64,000 bases of DNA from a virus (Duplodnaviria; Caudoviricetes): the IMG/VR virus record IMGVR_UViG_3300032007_000017; one strand, given 5' to 3'. The translations under genes were made by a program, and so were the position numbers. The notes below the pieces were generated by a model that saw only the letters and a program-made list of their open reading frames with translations, had not been told where the DNA came from and searched no databases. Numbering within the stretch: the stretch's first letter is position 1; the number at the start of each line of letters is the position of its first letter. Below, piece by piece: positions 60,940 through 64,000 of the stretch.

Positions 60940-63900
60940 ATGGCTGATAAAAAGAAAGTGAATCAAACCGATTTCAAATCCAATATTGAAAACTATTATG
61001 ACGAATTTAAGTCATATGAAACTTTCGCTGATGCTGTGCGTCATTTGCCAGGCAACTATTTAGGAGCCATCGGAAATACTGGATGGAAAGCAATGGTTCG
61101 AGAAATATTTCAGAATGCTACAGATGAGGCTATTAAAAATGAATCCCCATGCAATTATGTCATTCTGAAATATAATGAGAGTGATCAGTCTGCAGAAGTT
61201 ATTGATAATGGTCGTGGTATTCCGCATAATCACATTATCGATATCTATACATCTGCACATGTATCGACTAATTTTATCGAATCGAAAAAGCTATACGAAT
61301 ATTCCTCTGGTGCACATGGCGTCGGCGGTGGCGTTGCAATGGCATTGTCTGAATTCATGTCCATTGAATCTTCTGTCCTAGGTGTATGCCATCGAGTAGA
61401 GTTCAATAGAGGTATTCCTTGGAAATATGGAGAAAAGAAAGTCAAGTCTGATATCCAACAGGGTACCAGAATATTTCTGACTCCTGATAGAGATATTGTG
61501 GGTCAAACTAATCTTACTTCTGATGAAGTATTGAATGGATTAGTTCTAAAAATCTTCCCACTGATTCCCATTGGATATACTATCGAGTATATTGGTACTA
61601 GATATGATGGATCAGTAGATCATCAGATTCTTACCAATAAAGATGGTATCATGTTCAATCTGAATAAGAAGGTTGCAAAACCCCTTATTCATCCGATTGA
61701 AATCTTTGAAGACAATGGCACCATGAAGTTCCATGCTGTATTTACCTATGATCCTACAGCTATGGAAGACTCCGAAGATATCGATGCATTTGCAAACTAT
61801 ACGCCTTGCGTGGGCGTGAATCAAACGAAGTTCTTAGAAGCTCTTTGTTCATTCTTCACTCAGTATATGAATAAGATCTTCTTAAAAAATCAGAAGATTA
61901 CTGTTACTCAGGCTGATATTAAGACTGGTCTTAAAGCAGTAGTTGATGCTGCACATTTGCATCCAATTTTCGAAGGACAAGGTAAAGTGGCAATCAATAA
62001 TCCTGACTTAGGAAAGTTCATTTATGATCTTACCAAAAAGTCTCTCGAGAATTGGGCAAAGGTTAATCCTACTGAGCTTGCTAGACTCTGTAAATACTTT
62101 AAAGATATTGCAGAGATCAGGTCTAAGCTTGAGAATGGAAAGACCAAGCTTAGTAATCAATATGCAAAGTCTATAATTTCTGGTGATCCTGAAAAGTATT
62201 TGAAAGCCTCCGGCAAGAAAGGTGTAGAGCTCTATATAGTCGAGGGAGATTCAGCATTTGGATCTGCTCGTTCTGGTAGAGATCCAGTACACAATGCCGT
62301 ATTCCCCATACGTGGTAAGATCCTTAATGTATTTGGCAAGGTTAAATCAGAGGTTTTCAAGAATCAAGAAATAGCATCGATTACCAAAATTATTACAGGT
62401 CTTGATCATTATGATAAAGACTTCGATCCTGCAAAATCTAGATTTGATAAGATTATATTTATGGCTGATGCCGATCCGGATAAATATGTGTTGCTGTCCG
62501 GCCCAGTGGTGACACTGGTGAACAAAATCCCTTTAATTGCTGGAAACTCCTTACATCAAGCAAACTACAACGTGGCTAGCAATAGCGAGCGTGAATGTTT
62601 GAAAATTGCTTGATTTGGACAATCAGCAGCTAAGACCAATTATAATACCACTATTTAAAGAAAGGAGTATAAAATATGTATTATCCATTTATAAGAAATG
62701 ATATACAGTGGAAACCAATAACTGATGATATGGTACCAAATATAGAAAAAGATAGATATCTGATTTCTAATGCTGGTACGATATACGATAAATTACAAGA
62801 TAAAATACTAAGTGTCCATAATTGTGGCGAAGGATATTTAAGTGTATCTCTTGCAACTATTGATGAATCTGGTTTAAGACACCGTAAAGGAATGCTTGTC
62901 CATCGTTTAGTTGGAATGGCATTTATTGATGGTGATTGGAATAAACAGATTAATCATAAAGATGGAGATAAAGTTTATTGTGAAGAAGAAAATCTAGAGT
63001 GGGTTACACCAAGAGAAAATTTAATGCACGCTTTAGATATGGGTCTTCATAAATCCGGCGGAGATAGAATAACGTCACATTTGACAAATGAACAAGCCGT
63101 TATTGTTAAACAAGACTTAGCTAATAGAATGACTATTAGCCAGATACTAAATCACATAGGTCTTGAAGATAATAAAAGAAATAGGGGTTTGATCATTGAT
63201 ATTAAACGTGGAAAAACGTATACTAGAGTGGGCACCGATATATCATATTCTGTCGAAAAATTATGTGAACGAAGACTAGATAGAAATACTGTAATACAGA
63301 TATGCGAATATATGCAAGCAAATCCGAATATTACATATGGCTATTATAGTAGACTTATTGATATGCTTGGGATACCTTGCTATAATCAAGAAGAGCGTTC
63401 AATGATTAGAAGTATGATAGGTAGTATTTATCGTAGAAAAGCATATACTGATATATCTAAAAATTATAATTGGTAAAGTTCAGAGACTATCGAAATGGCG
63501 AATAATATTCGTACAGAGTAGAGTAGGATTGTATGATTGCATAAGTTGCTCTAAATTTATGCAATCATATGATTCGAAATGGGGGACTCTCATATATGTA
63601 TATGAGATGAAGATATAGTCCAACCGCCTGAAAGGGTAAACACATTCGATCTCTTCTTTGTAGACTCTTCGTCGTGTATTTTCCGAAATTCATTGAAGCT
63701 GGAAAAGTATATGCTGCTGTACCTCCTCTCTTTGGTCTATATCAAGGAGGTAAAGTAGTACAGTACTTTACTGACAATAATGAAGTATCTAGATACGTGA
63801 AAGATCAGTTTACAAAAAGATATGAGCTTAGAGATAAAGATACTGGTAAGAAGCTTACTAGTAATGATATCATTAAGCTCTTCTCTACAAATCTAGATTA

Positions 63901-64000
63901 TGTAGAACTTCTGGAGAATACAGCTAAAATTGTTGCTGTTCATCCGAAACTTCTTGAGGATATTCTTATTCAGGTCGCTGATGATATTGAACTTACGGTT
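60940..64000 (+). CDS. gyrB: Type IIA topoisomerase subunit B, intron-split (exon 1 60940-62481; exon 2 from 63635, runs off window)
   Basis: EIFQNATDE, DNGRGIP, GAHGVG, VEGDSA, PIRGKILN; splicing restores DADPD|GKHIRSLL, then VPPLF. Confidence 0.93.
62482..63634 (+). ncRNA. Group I intron in gyrB
   Basis: P1 CCGGAU/GUCCGG with U.G; TTAATTGCTGGAAAC, AATCAGCAG, TTCAGAGACTA, AAGATATAGTCC; terminal G; extended P10. Confidence 0.92.
62676..63476 (+). CDS. Intron-encoded HNH homing endonuclease (NUMOD4-like N-terminus)
   Basis: WKPI...YLISNAG...VHRLVGMAFI...INHKDGDK...NLEWVT..EN..HA. Confidence 0.9.
   Translation: MYYPFIRNDIQWKPITDDMVPNIEKDRYLISNAGTIYDKLQDKILSVHNCGEGYLSVSLATIDESGLRHRKGMLVHRLVGMAFIDGDWNKQINHKDGDKVYCEEENLEWVTPRENLMHALDMGLHKSGGDRITSHLTNEQAVIVKQDLANRMTISQILNHIGLEDNKRNRGLIIDIKRGKTYTRVGTDISYSVEKLCERRLDRNTVIQICEYMQANPNITYGYYSRLIDMLGIPCYNQEERSMIRSMIGSIYRRKAYTDISKNYNW

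Noticed and set aside
62482-62613. C-terminal 43 aa of the 560-aa GyrB ORF
   Set aside because: Read-through into the intron.
1-64000. Stop-codon reassignment, tRNA genes, chimallin, DGR
   Set aside because: Genes read intact in code 11 with all three stops used; no cloverleaf, shell protein or reverse transcriptase recognised by eye.

Overview
Part of an AT-rich jumbo myophage genome of the AR9/PBS1/phiKZ-like multisubunit-RNAP type; strong Shine-Dalgarno sites, a LysM-3D protein and a Clostridia-type TnpB suggest a Firmicutes host (inference). It encodes split subunits of two RNA polymerases (non-virion beta-N, beta-C, beta'-C; probable virion beta-C and beta'-C fragments), a family-B DNA polymerase split over two distant genes, NAD-dependent ligase, RecA/UvsX, SbcC, divergent gyrA/gyrB, tubulin, RtcB+PrfH, portal, tail sheath/tube and fibre-like proteins. 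There are three group I introns. Two related ones interrupt the RNAP beta-C gene; one carries an intact tnpB plus an omega-RNA-like 3' end and no transposase. The third is in gyrB and carries an HNH endonuclease. Most notable: (1) a recurring Y-x-P-F peptide tag at termini/linkers of many DNA-acting proteins; (2) the TnpB intron, which looks like RNA-guided homing into an RNAP gene; (3) pairings suggesting the two RNAP introns may end in U, not G; (4) ORF-free promoter-to-terminator small-RNA units and a duplicated pseudoknot motif; (5) AR9-like late (AACA-N6-TA) and early (ATATTATWA) promoter motifs. All calls come from manual motif reading; no searches were run.
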